Assembly (NCBI GenBank): GCA_002281485.1 | Contig: NCGF01000020.1 | Span: 24,862-88,861, forward strand | Reading direction: 5' to 3' | Source of the DNA: Sphingomonas sp. 28-66-16 | GTDB lineage: Bacteria; Pseudomonadota; Alphaproteobacteria; Sphingomonadales; Sphingomonadaceae | DNA: 64,000 nt | In this document: positions 51,578-61,623 of the stretch, piece after piece | Layout of the letters: the number at the start of each line of letters is the position of its first letter | Position numbering within the stretch: the stretch's first letter is position 1 | The notes under the pieces: generated by a model | What the model was told of the DNA's origin: nothing | The model's input: only the letters and a program-made list of their open reading frames with translations | Databases searched by the model: none | Program-made: the position numbers and the translations under genes

Positions 51578-52831
51578 TCATCCTGCCACCAGAGCCTTCA
51601 ACGGCTGCGTCGTATCGGCGAGCCGCGCCGCCTCGACGACCAATCCTTGCGTGACGAGCGCACGGCCGGCGACGTAATCCTTCACCATATTGACGCAATC
51701 GAGCGCGATCACCTTGCCGTCGCGCAGATAGATCAGCGAGAAACGGCGGTCGGCAGGATCGCCGCGCAAGACGATCGCGTCATAGCCGGTCGACAGCCCG
51801 ATCGTCTGGAGCTTCAGGTCATATTGGTTCGACCAGAACCAGGGAACGGCGTGATAGGGCTCGGGCTGGCCGACGATCGCCCGCGCTGCCGTTGCGGCCT
51901 GATCATTGGCGTTCTGCACCGATTCGAGCCGGATCACCGCGCCACCGGCGAATTGATTGGCATGCGCGGCGCAATCGCCGATCGCATAGACATCGGCCAG
52001 GCTGGTGCGACAAAAGCCATCGACGCGCACGCCGTTGCCGCCGGCCGCGCCAGCCTCGATCAGCGGGGCGGTGGCAGGCACGATGCCGATGCCGACCACG
52101 ACCATCTCGGCGGGGACGATCGTGCCATCGGCAAGCCGCACCCCGCTCACCCTGCCAAATGCCCCGGCGTCATCCGCCCCGGCCGCGCGCTCGATCGCGG
52201 TGACCGTCACACCGAGCCGGACGTCGACGCCGTGCGCGCGGTGTTCGGCTTCGTAGAAGCGCGACAGCGGTTCGCCCGCTACCCGCGCGAGCACCCGGTC
52301 GAGCGCCTCGAGCACGGTCACCTGCCGCCCGAGCTTGGAGAGCACCGCCGCTGCCTCGAGCCCGATATAGCCGCCGCCGACCACGACGACGCGCGCGACA
52401 TCCGGTAGTTCGGCGATCATCGCATCGACGTCGGCACGGGTGCGGACGGTGTGGACCCCGGCAGCATCATGACCGGGGCAGGTCAGCCGGCGCGGCGCGC
52501 CGCCGGTCGCCCAGACCAGCGATCGATAACCGAGCGTCGACCCGTCGTCACAGGTCAGCCGGTGCGCCTCGGCATCGACCGCGACGACATGGCGGCCGAG
52601 CCGGAAGTCGATCGCGCGATCGCTCCAGAAAACCGGCGGCCGCAGCAACAGCCGCTCGAACGGCTTCTCGCCGGCGAGATAATCCTTCGAGAGCGGCGGG
52701 CGCTCATAGGGCAGTTCGGGTTCGTCGCCGATGATCGTCACCGATCCGGCAAAACCCAGCTGGCGCAGCATGACGGCCGCTTGCGCGCCGCCATGCCCTG
52801 CGCCGACGATCACGACGTCGCTGCTCTCCAT
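51578..52831 (-). CDS. Ferredoxin reductase (FAD/NAD(P)-dependent, PdR/BphA4-like)
   Basis: [45 protein letters not shown]. Confidence 0.92.
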   Translation of the reverse strand: MESSDVVIVGAGHGGAQAAVMLRQLGFAGSVTIIGDEPELPYERPPLSKDYLAGEKPFERLLLRPPVFWSDRAIDFRLGRHVVAVDAEAHRLTCDDGSTLGYRSLVWATGGAPRRLTCPGHDAAGVHTVRTRADVDAMIAELPDVARVVVVGGGYIGLEAAAVLSKLGRQVTVLEALDRVLARVAGEPLSRFYEAEHRAHGVDVRLGVTVTAIERAAGADDAGAFGRVSGVRLADGTIVPAEMVVVGIGIVPATAPLIEAGAAGGNGVRVDGFCRTSLADVYAIGDCAAHANQFAGGAVIRLESVQNANDQAATAARAIVGQPEPYHAVPWFWSNQYDLKLQTIGLSTGYDAIVLRGDPADRRFSLIYLRDGKVIALDCVNMVKDYVAGRALVTQGLVVEAARLADTTQPLKALVAG

Positions 52832-53099
52832 TGTCCCGATCAGCCCCTGGTTGACGCTCTCGTCTGCGCGAACGCATCACGCGCCCACGACCGAGTCGCT
52901 CGCGTCTAAGCGCTTTTTGCCGGCGAAGACAGATTGCCCGCGCCGCGCCGACCGTGGCCACGCGTGCCGCGACCGGACGATCGATCGGCGCAGGGGGTTC
53001 GCCATCCTTCCATTCCTCATCGCCATAGCGATGATCACCGAGCTGTTGCGCCGCCCCCCGCGCGGCGACCATTTGCCTCATCGGCGTGTAGATCGTACG

Positions 53100-53615
53100 A
53101 TGATGCTTTCGCGGGTTGGATCGGATGCGGTGCCCGTCGACGATGTCGCCCTTTCCCATCGCCTGATCGCTTTCATCGAACGCATCGGCATCCGCGTCGG
53201 CACCGGCGCGCTGGACCACGATTGCTTCCTGCCGGGCGTGACAGTCCGCGGCGGCGGGATCGTTCATGATCCGGTCCGGCTCGCTCATCCGGGCGACCTG
53301 CTCCACGAGGCCGGCCATATCGCCGTGACCGATCCGGAGGCGCGCGCCACGCTCGATACGGTCTCCGGCGATCCCGGCGAGGAAATGGCGGCGATCGCAT
53401 GGTCCTATGCAGCCGCGCTGGCGATCGGGATCGATCCGGCAATCGTCTTTCACGCCGATGGTTATGGCGGCGACGGTCGCGGGATCGCCGATAATTTCGC
53501 GGCGGGCCGTTACTTCGGCGTGCCGTTGCTTGCCTGGTTCGGCATGACGGTCGATCCGCGATCGGGCGCGAGCGGCAGCGCCTGCTATCCGCAGATGACC
53601 CGCTGGCTGCGCTGA
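53100..53615 (+). CDS. Conserved hypothetical protein with HExxH motif
   Basis: FLPG, GDLLHEAGH, GEEMAAIAWSYAA, GVPLLAWFGM, YPQMTRWLR; start uncertain. Confidence 0.7.
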   Translation: MMLSRVGSDAVPVDDVALSHRLIAFIERIGIRVGTGALDHDCFLPGVTVRGGGIVHDPVRLAHPGDLLHEAGHIAVTDPEARATLDTVSGDPGEEMAAIAWSYAAALAIGIDPAIVFHADGYGGDGRGIADNFAAGRYFGVPLLAWFGMTVDPRSGASGSACYPQMTRWLR

Positions 53616-53626
53616 GCCGCGTTGCG

Positions 53627-54352
53627 TCAGTCCATCGCGCGAACGTTCACGCCGATCGCGCGCCCGGCGATTCGGAGTTCGTTGAACGAGGGCCGCGTCG
53701 CGCGCACGCGCTCAGAGAGTGTGCCCGCCCCGATCAGCCGCACCGTCCGGTCGCCGATCCGATGGGCAATGTCGAACGGATCATGGACATGCCCGCTCAA
53801 TATCGCGTCCGCCCCCGCCGCCGCCAGCGCGGCAAGCGCCTGCGCGCCGCCGTGCGTGCGCGCCGTGCCGCTGGTGCCGGTGTCGATCAGCGGATGATGC
53901 GCCGCGATCAGCGTCACGCCCTGGGATAGGGCCGAAATCTCGCCGAGCGTCGTCGCCAAAGCGCCGCGGCTGACCTTGCCCTTCGACCAGTTGAGCCGCC
54001 ACTGCACCCGCGCAGTGGTGCGCAACGGCACGATCCCGACACCCTCGATCTCGAGTGGCTGCTCGATCATCCGCTCGAGCCGATGATACCGCGCATAAGG
54101 CCGGATCAGGCGCGCGACCGGGTTGAAATAGGGCAGATCATGATTGCCGACCTCGACCGTCACCGGGCAACCGAGCGACGCGAGCCACGCCGATGCCGCC
54201 GCGAATTCGCGCCGCCGCGCGCGCATCGTCACATCGCCGGTGACGATCACCGCATCGGGCTGCTCGGTTCGCGCGGCGTGCGCGAACCAATCGAGCGCCT
54301 GCACGTCTTCGGCCCCGAAATGGAGATCGCTGACATGGAAGAGCCGGGTCAT
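53627..54352 (-). CDS. Calcineurin-like metallophosphoesterase
   Basis: SDLHFG, TGD, GNHD, HHP, SGHVH; ATGA coupling to the upstream gene. Confidence 0.9.
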   Translation of the reverse strand: MTRLFHVSDLHFGAEDVQALDWFAHAARTEQPDAVIVTGDVTMRARRREFAAASAWLASLGCPVTVEVGNHDLPYFNPVARLIRPYARYHRLERMIEQPLEIEGVGIVPLRTTARVQWRLNWSKGKVSRGALATTLGEISALSQGVTLIAAHHPLIDTGTSGTARTHGGAQALAALAAAGADAILSGHVHDPFDIAHRIGDRTVRLIGAGTLSERVRATRPSFNELRIAGRAIGVNVRAMD

Positions 54353-55179
54353 GCGTCCTGCAGCGTCCTGATGAAGTGGCACCGGGTTTCGCCGGTCGTG
54401 ATCGGCACCGATGGATCGAGCATCTGCGGCTCGCCGTCGAACAGCGCGCGAACCGGCCTCGAACCGGCGATCCGCAGCGTCTTGGCATGGACCTGGGTGA
54501 CCGATGCGGCGGAGAGCCAATCGCCGGTCAGCCAGTCCCAGCCCAGCCGGGCGATCGATCGCCATTCGCGCGCGTCGATCGCCGCCGCCGCCAGCCCCCC
54601 GGCATCGGGCCGGATCAGGACCGCCTGCGCGCCGCGTCCTGGCATCTTGACCCCGCTCAGCCGGATGCCCCGCCCGAAGGTGCGGCGCCAGGCGAGCGCC
54701 AGCGCCCGGCCAAGCCCGCGCACGCGCCCGGCCCGGACCAGTTCACGGGTGCGCACCCAGCTTGCCGCGGGCCCCAGAATGAGGCCGACCAACGCGCGAT
54801 GCTCGCCGGCGACCACGATGGGCAGCGAGACCTGCTGCCCGGAACGGATTGCCGCCTCGACGATCGCGACGGGATCGGCGCTGCCGTGCAGCGCCTTGGC
54901 GAGCATGTTCATGGTGCCACCGGGCAGGATCAGGATCGCCCCGGGCCACGCGTCGAGCGCGGCGACTGCGGCATTGATCGTGCCATCACCCGCAAACAAT
55001 ATGGCCGTATCGGCGCCCGCCGCGTCGAGCATGGCGGGGGTTGGCAGGCCCTGTTCGGGAAAAGCCGTCTCGCCGACGACGGTCAGCCCCTTATCGGTCA
55101 GCAGCTTCTTGATCGAAGCGCAATTCGCTTCGGTCGACGAGCCGGACCCGGGATTGGTGATGAACCATAGATCATGCAT
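54349..55179 (-). CDS. Diacylglycerol kinase family protein
   Basis: NPGSG, AGDGTI, LPGGTMN, DGE. Confidence 0.88.
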   Translation of the reverse strand: MHDLWFITNPGSGSSTEANCASIKKLLTDKGLTVVGETAFPEQGLPTPAMLDAAGADTAILFAGDGTINAAVAALDAWPGAILILPGGTMNMLAKALHGSADPVAIVEAAIRSGQQVSLPIVVAGEHRALVGLILGPAASWVRTRELVRAGRVRGLGRALALAWRRTFGRGIRLSGVKMPGRGAQAVLIRPDAGGLAAAAIDAREWRSIARLGWDWLTGDWLSAASVTQVHAKTLRIAGSRPVRALFDGEPQMLDPSVPITTGETRCHFIRTLQDA

Positions 55180-55360
55180 TCGGCGCTCAACGCACGAGCC
55201 GCGAAAACGTCGCCTGGAACATGACGAAAACGAAACATTGAGCGGAACCCATTTTTCTGTACCGTATTTTATGTGTACCGGGGGTGGACACAGCGGCGAT
55301 GAGTCGCAAAGTGTCGATCAGCCGGCATATCCCGGTATTTGATGGTAGGAGCTGGAAAAC

Positions 55361-55906
55361 ATGCAATCAGGATCGTCGCCACGTCTGGGCAAGCTGGCTT
55401 TCGGCGTGGCCCTCTCGGTATTTGCGCTGGCCGCGTGCTCGAAAACCGAGCCCAAACAGGAAGACACGGCAGCGACGACGGCCGAAACGCCAGCGGCGAC
55501 CACCAATGCGGCTGCGCCTGCCGTCACCGCAACGCCGGCCGCCGCTGCGGTCGCCCCGGATAATACGGATACGGTCTCGGGCGCAAAATATGCCGATTTC
55601 ACCGGCGACGCCACCAAGGGCGAAGCCGTCTTCATCGCCTGCAAGACCTGCCATGTCGTGACCGAAGGCCAGAACCGCATCGGGCCGTCGCTCCATGCCG
55701 TCGTCGGCCGCAAGGCGGGCTCGATCGCGACCTACACCTATTCGGCCGCGAACAAGAACAGCGGCATCACCTGGACGCCGGAAAAACTGTTCCAATATCT
55801 GGAAAATCCGCAGCGTGTCGTCCCCGGCACCAAGATGACCTATCCCGGCCTTCCCGATCCGCAGAAGCGCGCGGACGTGATCGCCTATCTCAAGACGCAG
55901 GGCTGA
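55361..55906 (+). CDS. cycA: Cytochrome c2 with lipoprotein anchor and Ala/Thr/Pro linker
   Basis: Lipobox LAAC; CKTCH heme site, GPSL, PGTKM axial Met; at the edge of the photosynthesis cluster. Confidence 0.85.
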   Translation: MQSGSSPRLGKLAFGVALSVFALAACSKTEPKQEDTAATTAETPAATTNAAAPAVTATPAAAAVAPDNTDTVSGAKYADFTGDATKGEAVFIACKTCHVVTEGQNRIGPSLHAVVGRKAGSIATYTYSAANKNSGITWTPEKLFQYLENPQRVVPGTKMTYPGLPDPQKRADVIAYLKTQG

Positions 55907-55914
55907 TCCTGCCG

Positions 55915-55943
55915 GCGGGTCCGGGGTATCGCCCCGGGCCCGC
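55915..55943. terminator. Stem-loop between convergent cycA and the bch/tspO operon
   Basis: GCGGGTCCGGGG-tatcg-CCCCGGGCCCGC. Confidence 0.55.
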
Positions 55944-56191
55944 TATCGTCCCCGCCGCGCAATATCGGCGAGATGGACGGGAAACGACAGCGCAAGCGCG
56001 CCGGCAATCCATCGCCAGTCGAGCCCCGTCAGCGCCGCACGCAGCGCGAGCAGCATGAAAACCCCGGGCAAGAAACAGCGCGCGATCGCGCCGACTCGCC
56101 AGCGATGGCGCGCGCGCAGCCAGACCGCCTCCACCAGCATCACCAGCAGGACGAGATCGACGGCGTGGCCGGTGGCGAACAGCCAGACCAT
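55943..56191 (-). CDS. Small membrane protein at the end of the tspO operon
   Basis: 82 aa, three hydrophobic segments, starts 8 nt after the tspO stop; LALRAAL and HLADI motifs. Confidence 0.7.
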   Translation of the reverse strand: MVWLFATGHAVDLVLLVMLVEAVWLRARHRWRVGAIARCFLPGVFMLLALRAALTGLDWRWIAGALALSFPVHLADIARRGR

Positions 56192-56199
56192 CGCCGCCT

Positions 56200-56682
56200 T
56201 CAGGAGAACGGCCCGTTGAGCCGCACCACCGTCATGTTGAGATAGCCGGCGAAGGTGACCCAGAGCAAATAGGGGACGACCAGCACCGCCGCGCTCATCG
56301 ACCGCCGCCACGAATAGAGGATCAGTGATCCCACCGACAGCCACAGGAAAATCACTTCGATCAACGCCCAGTCGGGGCGTTGCAGACGGAAGAACAACAG
56401 GCTCCACAAGATGTTGAGAAAGCCGTTGGTCGCCCATAAGGCGACGAAGTTCTCGGCTTCGCGACGGGTGCGCATCGCGTGCCACCCGGTCACGAGCGCG
56501 ACGACGTTGATCGAATAGATGATCGTCCAGGCAATCGCATAGGCCCGATCGGGAGGCGCCCAGCGCGGCTGGACCAGATGATCATACCACGGCCCGATCA
56601 CCGTGATCGTCGCGCCCATCAGCGCAACGATCCCGGTGGCAAGCGCCGCCGTCAGTACCGGGAACAGCCAGGCACGGCTCAT
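56200..56682 (-). CDS. tspO: Tryptophan-rich sensory protein TspO
   Basis: WYDHL.QPRWAPP, LNILWSLLFF, PYLLWVTFA.YLN. Confidence 0.92.
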   Translation of the reverse strand: MSRAWLFPVLTAALATGIVALMGATITVIGPWYDHLVQPRWAPPDRAYAIAWTIIYSINVVALVTGWHAMRTRREAENFVALWATNGFLNILWSLLFFRLQRPDWALIEVIFLWLSVGSLILYSWRRSMSAAVLVVPYLLWVTFAGYLNMTVVRLNGPFS

Positions 56683-56686
56683 CGCG

Positions 56687-57865
56687 TCACGCAGCCGACC
56701 CGATCAGATGGCCCATGTCCTTGAAGAAGATCTTGACGTGCGACATCGGTTTCGCGCGCACCAGTTCCTTGTGCATATAGGCCTGCCAGGTCAGCGCCTG
56801 AACGTCCTTGTCCTCGCACATCTTGACGAAGCGCTCGCGGCGCTTGTCGTTGCGATACCAGAAATGCTGCATGATCCCGAGGATCAGGAAAACCCTGCCA
56901 TGCGCCTTCATGAAGCGCTTGCGCGCCAGCTTGAGCGCGCCTGCCTTGCCGGTCGCGAGGAAGCTGTCGACCGCCTCGGCGGCAAAGCGGCCGGCGGCCA
57001 TCGCATAATAGATGCCCTCGCCCGATGCCGGCGCGACCACGCCGGCGGCATCGCCCGCCACCACGATATCGCGGCCATTGTCCCAGCGCTTGAGCGGCTT
57101 GAGCGGAATCGGCGCGCCTTCACGGCGGATCGTCTCGCATTTGTCGAGACCGCTCTGCTCGCGCAGCCGGGCGATCGCGGGGCGCAGCGCATAGCCCTTG
57201 TTGGCGCTGCCGACGCCGATGCTCGCGGTATCGCCGTGCGGGAAGACCCAGGCATAGAAATCGGGCGAGAGATCGCCCTGATAGAAGACATCGCACCGCG
57301 ACGGATCATAATCGCCGGTCGCCGGGGGCGATTTGATGATCTCGTGATAGGCGAACACGCACGGCACCTTGTCGGCGCCCTTGAGATTCTGCCGCGCCAC
57401 CGCCGATCGGGCGCCATCGGCACCGATCACCGTCCGCGTCCGCACCCGATGCTCGGCCCCGCCGCGTTCCTCGGTATAGACGACGACGGCCGTGCCATCG
57501 GGATCGCGATCGACCCGCTCGAACGTGCCGGTCCGGCGTTCGGCGCCGGTCAGAACGGCGCGACCGCGCAGCCATTCGTCGAACACGTCGCGATCGACCA
57601 TGCCGACAAAGCCGTCGCCGACGGGCATGTCGACCTGCTTGTCCGACGGCGCGATCATCCGCGCCGATCGCGCCTTGGCGACCAGCAAGTGATCGGGAAT
57701 TTCGAAGTCCTTGATCAGCCGCGGCGGAATCGCCCCGCCACAGGGTTTGATCCGCCCGGCCCGGTCGAGCAGCAGCACATGGTGGCCGCCGCGCGCGAGA
57801 TCGGTTGCTGCGGTCGACCCCGAAGGACCGCCGCCGACGATCACCACATCGAAATCATGCTTCAT
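56687..57865 (-). CDS. bchP: Geranylgeranyl reductase
   Basis: GGGPSG, KPCGGAIP, SPDFYAWVFP, GDAAG...SGEGIYYA. Confidence 0.95.
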   Translation of the reverse strand: MKHDFDVVIVGGGPSGSTAATDLARGGHHVLLLDRAGRIKPCGGAIPPRLIKDFEIPDHLLVAKARSARMIAPSDKQVDMPVGDGFVGMVDRDVFDEWLRGRAVLTGAERRTGTFERVDRDPDGTAVVVYTEERGGAEHRVRTRTVIGADGARSAVARQNLKGADKVPCVFAYHEIIKSPPATGDYDPSRCDVFYQGDLSPDFYAWVFPHGDTASIGVGSANKGYALRPAIARLREQSGLDKCETIRREGAPIPLKPLKRWDNGRDIVVAGDAAGVVAPASGEGIYYAMAAGRFAAEAVDSFLATGKAGALKLARKRFMKAHGRVFLILGIMQHFWYRNDKRRERFVKMCEDKDVQALTWQAYMHKELVRAKPMSHVKIFFKDMGHLIGSAA

Positions 57866-59166
57866 GCCATTGCCTCTCTGTTACGCGCGATCGCGCTCCG
57901 TCCGACCCCGATGGCGAGCCACGCGGCCGCCAGAAACAACGCGCCTTCGCTGGCGAAGACGAGGGTGAAGGCCTCGCCCGTCTGCCCGGTCAGGGCACGG
58001 GCGACGTCCACGCCGACCGCGCCGATCAGCCCGCCGGCGCCGAACGCGATCGCTTGCGCGGCGCCCCAGACCCCCATCCGCATGCCTTCGCGCTGCGGGC
58101 CGGCAGCCCCGGCGAGGCTCATCATCGCGCCGATCGCCGCGACCGCGAACACGCCATTGGCAAAACCGAGCAGCCAGATGTTGGCGACCAGCGGCCAGCC
58201 GATCCCGGCGCGTGCCGCCATCCCGAGCCCGGCCAGCGCGAGCGCCGAGCCCAGACAGCCGCCGACGATCCAGCGCCGCAGCACCTGCGGCGTGCCGCCA
58301 CCAAAGGCGCTGCCGCCGATGCCGACGAGGATCATGCCGAGCAGGACGCCGCTATGCTGGGTGCCCGAAAGCTGGGTCGACTGGCCCGGCGTCATGCCGA
58401 AGACAAGGCCGGCAAAGGGTTCGAGAATCAGATCCTGCATCGAATAGGCAAGCATCGCCAGGAACACGAAACCGGTAAAATGTCGCGCTTCGGGCTCCTG
58501 CAGCATCTCGCGGAGCGCGTCGCCGAAGCGCTGGGCCGGCGCCGGCGGGGCGAGCGGCGCGATCGCCACTGTCCGGCCCTCGACCCCGACGATGCCGATC
58601 AGGGCGATCAGAAACGCCCCGCCCGTGACCCCGCCGGCCACCATTGCCAGCCGCTGCGGCGAAAACGGATCGATCAGCCGCCCGGCGACCGTCGCGGTGA
58701 TGACGATGCCGACGATCATCATGATCCAGGTGATCGCCGCCGCTGCCGCGCGTCGTTCGGGCGCGACCCGCGTCGCCAGCAGCGCAAGCAGCGAGGTGCC
58801 CGCCGCGCCGACGCCCGCGCCGATGATGCTGAACGCGAGAATCGCGATCGTGAAACCGAGCCAGCCGCCCTGTGCCAGCAGCGGCAGCGCGGCGACGGCG
58901 AGCATCGCCCCACCGCCGAGCATCGCCATGCCGCCGATGATCCACGGCGTCCGCCGATGCCCCCGGTCCGAACCATGGCCCCATACCGGGCGCGACAGTT
59001 GCACGGCATAGTGCCACGCCACCAGCCCGGCCGGCACGGCGGCGGGCAGCGCATATTCGACGACCATCAGCCGGTTGAGCAACGAGCTCGCCAGCATCAC
59101 CACCGCGCCGATCGCGAACTGCACCAGCCCCAGACGGGCGATCCCGATCCAGCCCAGCGCCCTCAT
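57862..59166 (-). CDS. BCD/PucC family MFS transporter
   Basis: RLGLVQ, LLNRLMVVE, RRTPWI, QDLILEPF, GVWGAAQA; lies between bchG and bchP. Confidence 0.9.
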   Translation of the reverse strand: MRALGWIGIARLGLVQFAIGAVVMLASSLLNRLMVVEYALPAAVPAGLVAWHYAVQLSRPVWGHGSDRGHRRTPWIIGGMAMLGGGAMLAVAALPLLAQGGWLGFTIAILAFSIIGAGVGAAGTSLLALLATRVAPERRAAAAAITWIMMIVGIVITATVAGRLIDPFSPQRLAMVAGGVTGGAFLIALIGIVGVEGRTVAIAPLAPPAPAQRFGDALREMLQEPEARHFTGFVFLAMLAYSMQDLILEPFAGLVFGMTPGQSTQLSGTQHSGVLLGMILVGIGGSAFGGGTPQVLRRWIVGGCLGSALALAGLGMAARAGIGWPLVANIWLLGFANGVFAVAAIGAMMSLAGAAGPQREGMRMGVWGAAQAIAFGAGGLIGAVGVDVARALTGQTGEAFTLVFASEGALFLAAAWLAIGVGRSAIARNREAMA

Positions 59167-60074
59167 ATCGGCAGCACGCCGCCCAGACCAAGCGCCGCGG
59201 CGAGCATCCCGAGCACCGAGAGCGTCGTGCCGGTGGCGTTGTACCACGGTGTGCGCCCGACCGGATCCTCGACCAAACGCGGCATCAGCACGAGCTGACC
59301 AACCAGCAAACAAGACACGATCACGCCCGCGCCGAGATGGCCGAGCGCCAAAAGGATGCCGATCACCACGACCTGCGGCACCGCCATCACCCAGCAGGCG
59401 ATCTTGACCGCGCGATCGACCCCGAGCGTGACCGGCAACGATCGGATGCCCATCGCCCGATCACCCTCGACCGCCTTGAAATCGTTGAGAGTCATGATGC
59501 CATGCGCGCCAAAACTGTAGAGCAGCAAGACCGCCAGCACCGGCGCCGACGGCAACCCGCCCGCCATCACGCTCGCGCCGGTGAACCAGGTCAGCCCCTC
59601 ATAGCTGAGCGCGACGAGGCCCGGCCCCCAGATGCCGCTCATCTTGGCGCGGAACGGCGGCGCGCTGTAGGCCCAGGCCGAGGCAAGCGCGAGCGTCGTC
59701 GCGCCGAACACCCAGGGCCCGGCGAGCAACGACAGCGCCAGCGAGATCGCCGAGCCGATGATCGCGATCCGCAACCCCCAGCTGCCGGCGATTCGTTCCG
59801 AGGGGATCGGGCGCTCGGGCTGGTTGATCGCATCGACGTGCCGATCGAACCAGTCGTTGACCGCCTGACTCGTGCCGCACACCAGCGGCCCGGTCAGCGC
59901 CACCCCGAGAATCACGAAAGGCAGCCGCGGCCCGATCGTTTCGCCCGACGAGATCACGCCGCACATAAACGCCCAGATCGGCGGAAACCAGGTGATCGGC
60001 TTGAGCAGTTCGAGCACGTCGCGCGGCGCGGGCACGGGGACGGCAGCGAGCGGCGGGGCAACGGGCGTAGACAT
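59163..60074 (-). CDS. bchG: Bacteriochlorophyll synthase
   Basis: LLKPITWFPP, NDWFDRHVDAINQPERPIPS, YSAPP, LNDFKAVEGD. Confidence 0.95.
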   Translation of the reverse strand: MSTPVAPPLAAVPVPAPRDVLELLKPITWFPPIWAFMCGVISSGETIGPRLPFVILGVALTGPLVCGTSQAVNDWFDRHVDAINQPERPIPSERIAGSWGLRIAIIGSAISLALSLLAGPWVFGATTLALASAWAYSAPPFRAKMSGIWGPGLVALSYEGLTWFTGASVMAGGLPSAPVLAVLLLYSFGAHGIMTLNDFKAVEGDRAMGIRSLPVTLGVDRAVKIACWVMAVPQVVVIGILLALGHLGAGVIVSCLLVGQLVLMPRLVEDPVGRTPWYNATGTTLSVLGMLAAALGLGGVLPI

Positions 60075-60077
60075 GCC

Positions 60078-60121
60078 CGAAAGCTAAACTTGACACTATG
60101 GAGTGTCAAACTGGATTGTCA
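60078..60121 (-). promoter_or_regulatory. Tandem imperfect PpsR operator upstream of bchG
   Basis: CGA-N12-ACA (60078-95) and TGT-N12-TCA (60104-21), 8 bp apart; consensus is TGT-N12-ACA. Confidence 0.6.
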
Positions 60122-60157
60122 CTTTTCGCGATCGAAACATCGCGCTGGCGACGGGCG

Positions 60158-61588
60158 TTAATTGCCGTCGGCGACCAGATTGCCGAGTCCGTGGCGATGC
60201 AGCTTCGAATAGAGGCTCTGCCGGCTGACGCCGAGGATTTCCGCCGCCGAGGCGCGATTGTCGGACGTGTAGGTCAGCGCCGCCTCGATGCAGAGACGTT
60301 CGATCAGATCGGTGCTTTCGCGCACGATGTCCTTGAGCGACATCCGGCCGACCAGTTCGGTGAGTTGCTCGACCGAGCGCGGCAGCAGCCGATCGCCGAC
60401 GGGCACTTCGCGCAGGCGACGGCCGACGTTGCGGATCGTGAAGCCATAGCATTCGGAATCGCCATTGGGCGCCGAGACCGCCGAAACCTCGATCTCTTCC
60501 TGCCCGCCGCTGGCGCCGTTGAGCACTGCAGAGACGTTGCGCACCGAACCGTGCTCGCGCAGTTGCCCGACGATCAGTTCGAGATCGATTCCCGGTCGCC
60601 CGAACCACTGGCCGAGCTTCGCGCCGGTGACGCGTTCGACCGAAGGCATTTCCGACAATTCGACGAAGGCCGCATTGGCGGTGAGGATGGTCAGATCGCG
60701 ATCGGTGAGCACGAAGGCGTCGGGCATACGCTCGACGATGTCGACCAGCCTGGAATCATGCTCGTGGCGAATCGATCCGCCGTCGATCGCGTCGATCCGC
60801 ACGAGCAGCAGCGCCGCGCGCGCCTGGCGGAACAGCCGCGCCGAGAAGACGGCGTCGCCCTGGCCGTTGCGAAGCCGCAGGGTCAGCGGGGCGATATCGT
60901 CGGCGGCCTCGGCAGCGCCGAGCAACGCCACGAACGCCTCGCGATCGGCGGGATCGACGATGCCGCTGACGAGCTGGTCGCCCAGGCTGCCGCTCTTGGC
61001 GCCAAGCAGCTGATGCGCCGCCGGATTTGCCTCGCGAATGCGCCGCGTGGCGGCATCGACGATGAGCACGGGCTCGGCCGCCATATCGAACAGCAAGCGA
61101 TAGCGCGCCTCGGCCTGCCGAAGGCGAACATAATCGCGCTCGAGCGACTGCTGGGTCTGGAGGAGGCGCTGCTGCATCGCCGCGGCGCTGCGCAGATCGC
61201 GACCGATGGCGATCATCTGGCCGTTGCCATTGAGGCGGATGACGAGATAGCGGACCGGCACGTCGCCCGCGTCGGTGAGATGGTTGACCTGGCGCCAGCG
61301 GGCGGGAACACCGGCCGCCGCATCGGCGAGCATCTCGACTATCTTGGCCTTGCTTTCGATCGTGACGGTATCGACAAATTGCTTGCCGATCGCCGCCTCG
61401 AATCCGCTGGCGGCCAATTCTTCCTCGGCAATCGCCAGATCGAGAATGACGCCATCGGCATCGAGCACGAAGGCCACATCACCCACCGATCCCAGCAAGG
61501 TGGCCGTGACACTGGCCGGAAGCGCGCCCGGCAGATGGTCAGGAGCCGAGAAGGGCCGCGACCGGAAAGGTGCGTGATGCTTGTTCAT
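60158..61588 (-). CDS. ppsR: Photosynthesis gene repressor PpsR (CrtJ)
   Basis: PAS domains, QQSLERDY Q-linker, IERLCIEAAL Cys, Fis-type HTH NRASAAEILGVSRQSLYSKL. Confidence 0.95.
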   Translation of the reverse strand: MNKHHAPFRSRPFSAPDHLPGALPASVTATLLGSVGDVAFVLDADGVILDLAIAEEELAASGFEAAIGKQFVDTVTIESKAKIVEMLADAAAGVPARWRQVNHLTDAGDVPVRYLVIRLNGNGQMIAIGRDLRSAAAMQQRLLQTQQSLERDYVRLRQAEARYRLLFDMAAEPVLIVDAATRRIREANPAAHQLLGAKSGSLGDQLVSGIVDPADREAFVALLGAAEAADDIAPLTLRLRNGQGDAVFSARLFRQARAALLLVRIDAIDGGSIRHEHDSRLVDIVERMPDAFVLTDRDLTILTANAAFVELSEMPSVERVTGAKLGQWFGRPGIDLELIVGQLREHGSVRNVSAVLNGASGGQEEIEVSAVSAPNGDSECYGFTIRNVGRRLREVPVGDRLLPRSVEQLTELVGRMSLKDIVRESTDLIERLCIEAALTYTSDNRASAAEILGVSRQSLYSKLHRHGLGNLVADGN

Positions 61589-61623
61589 CGACGAGCCGCC
61601 GCACTCCTTCTGTCCCAACGGAC

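Noticed and set aside
55272-55292. TGTGT...ACACA inverted repeat upstream of cycA as a PpsR box
   Set aside because: Spacing gives TGT-N11-ACA or other non-N12 registers
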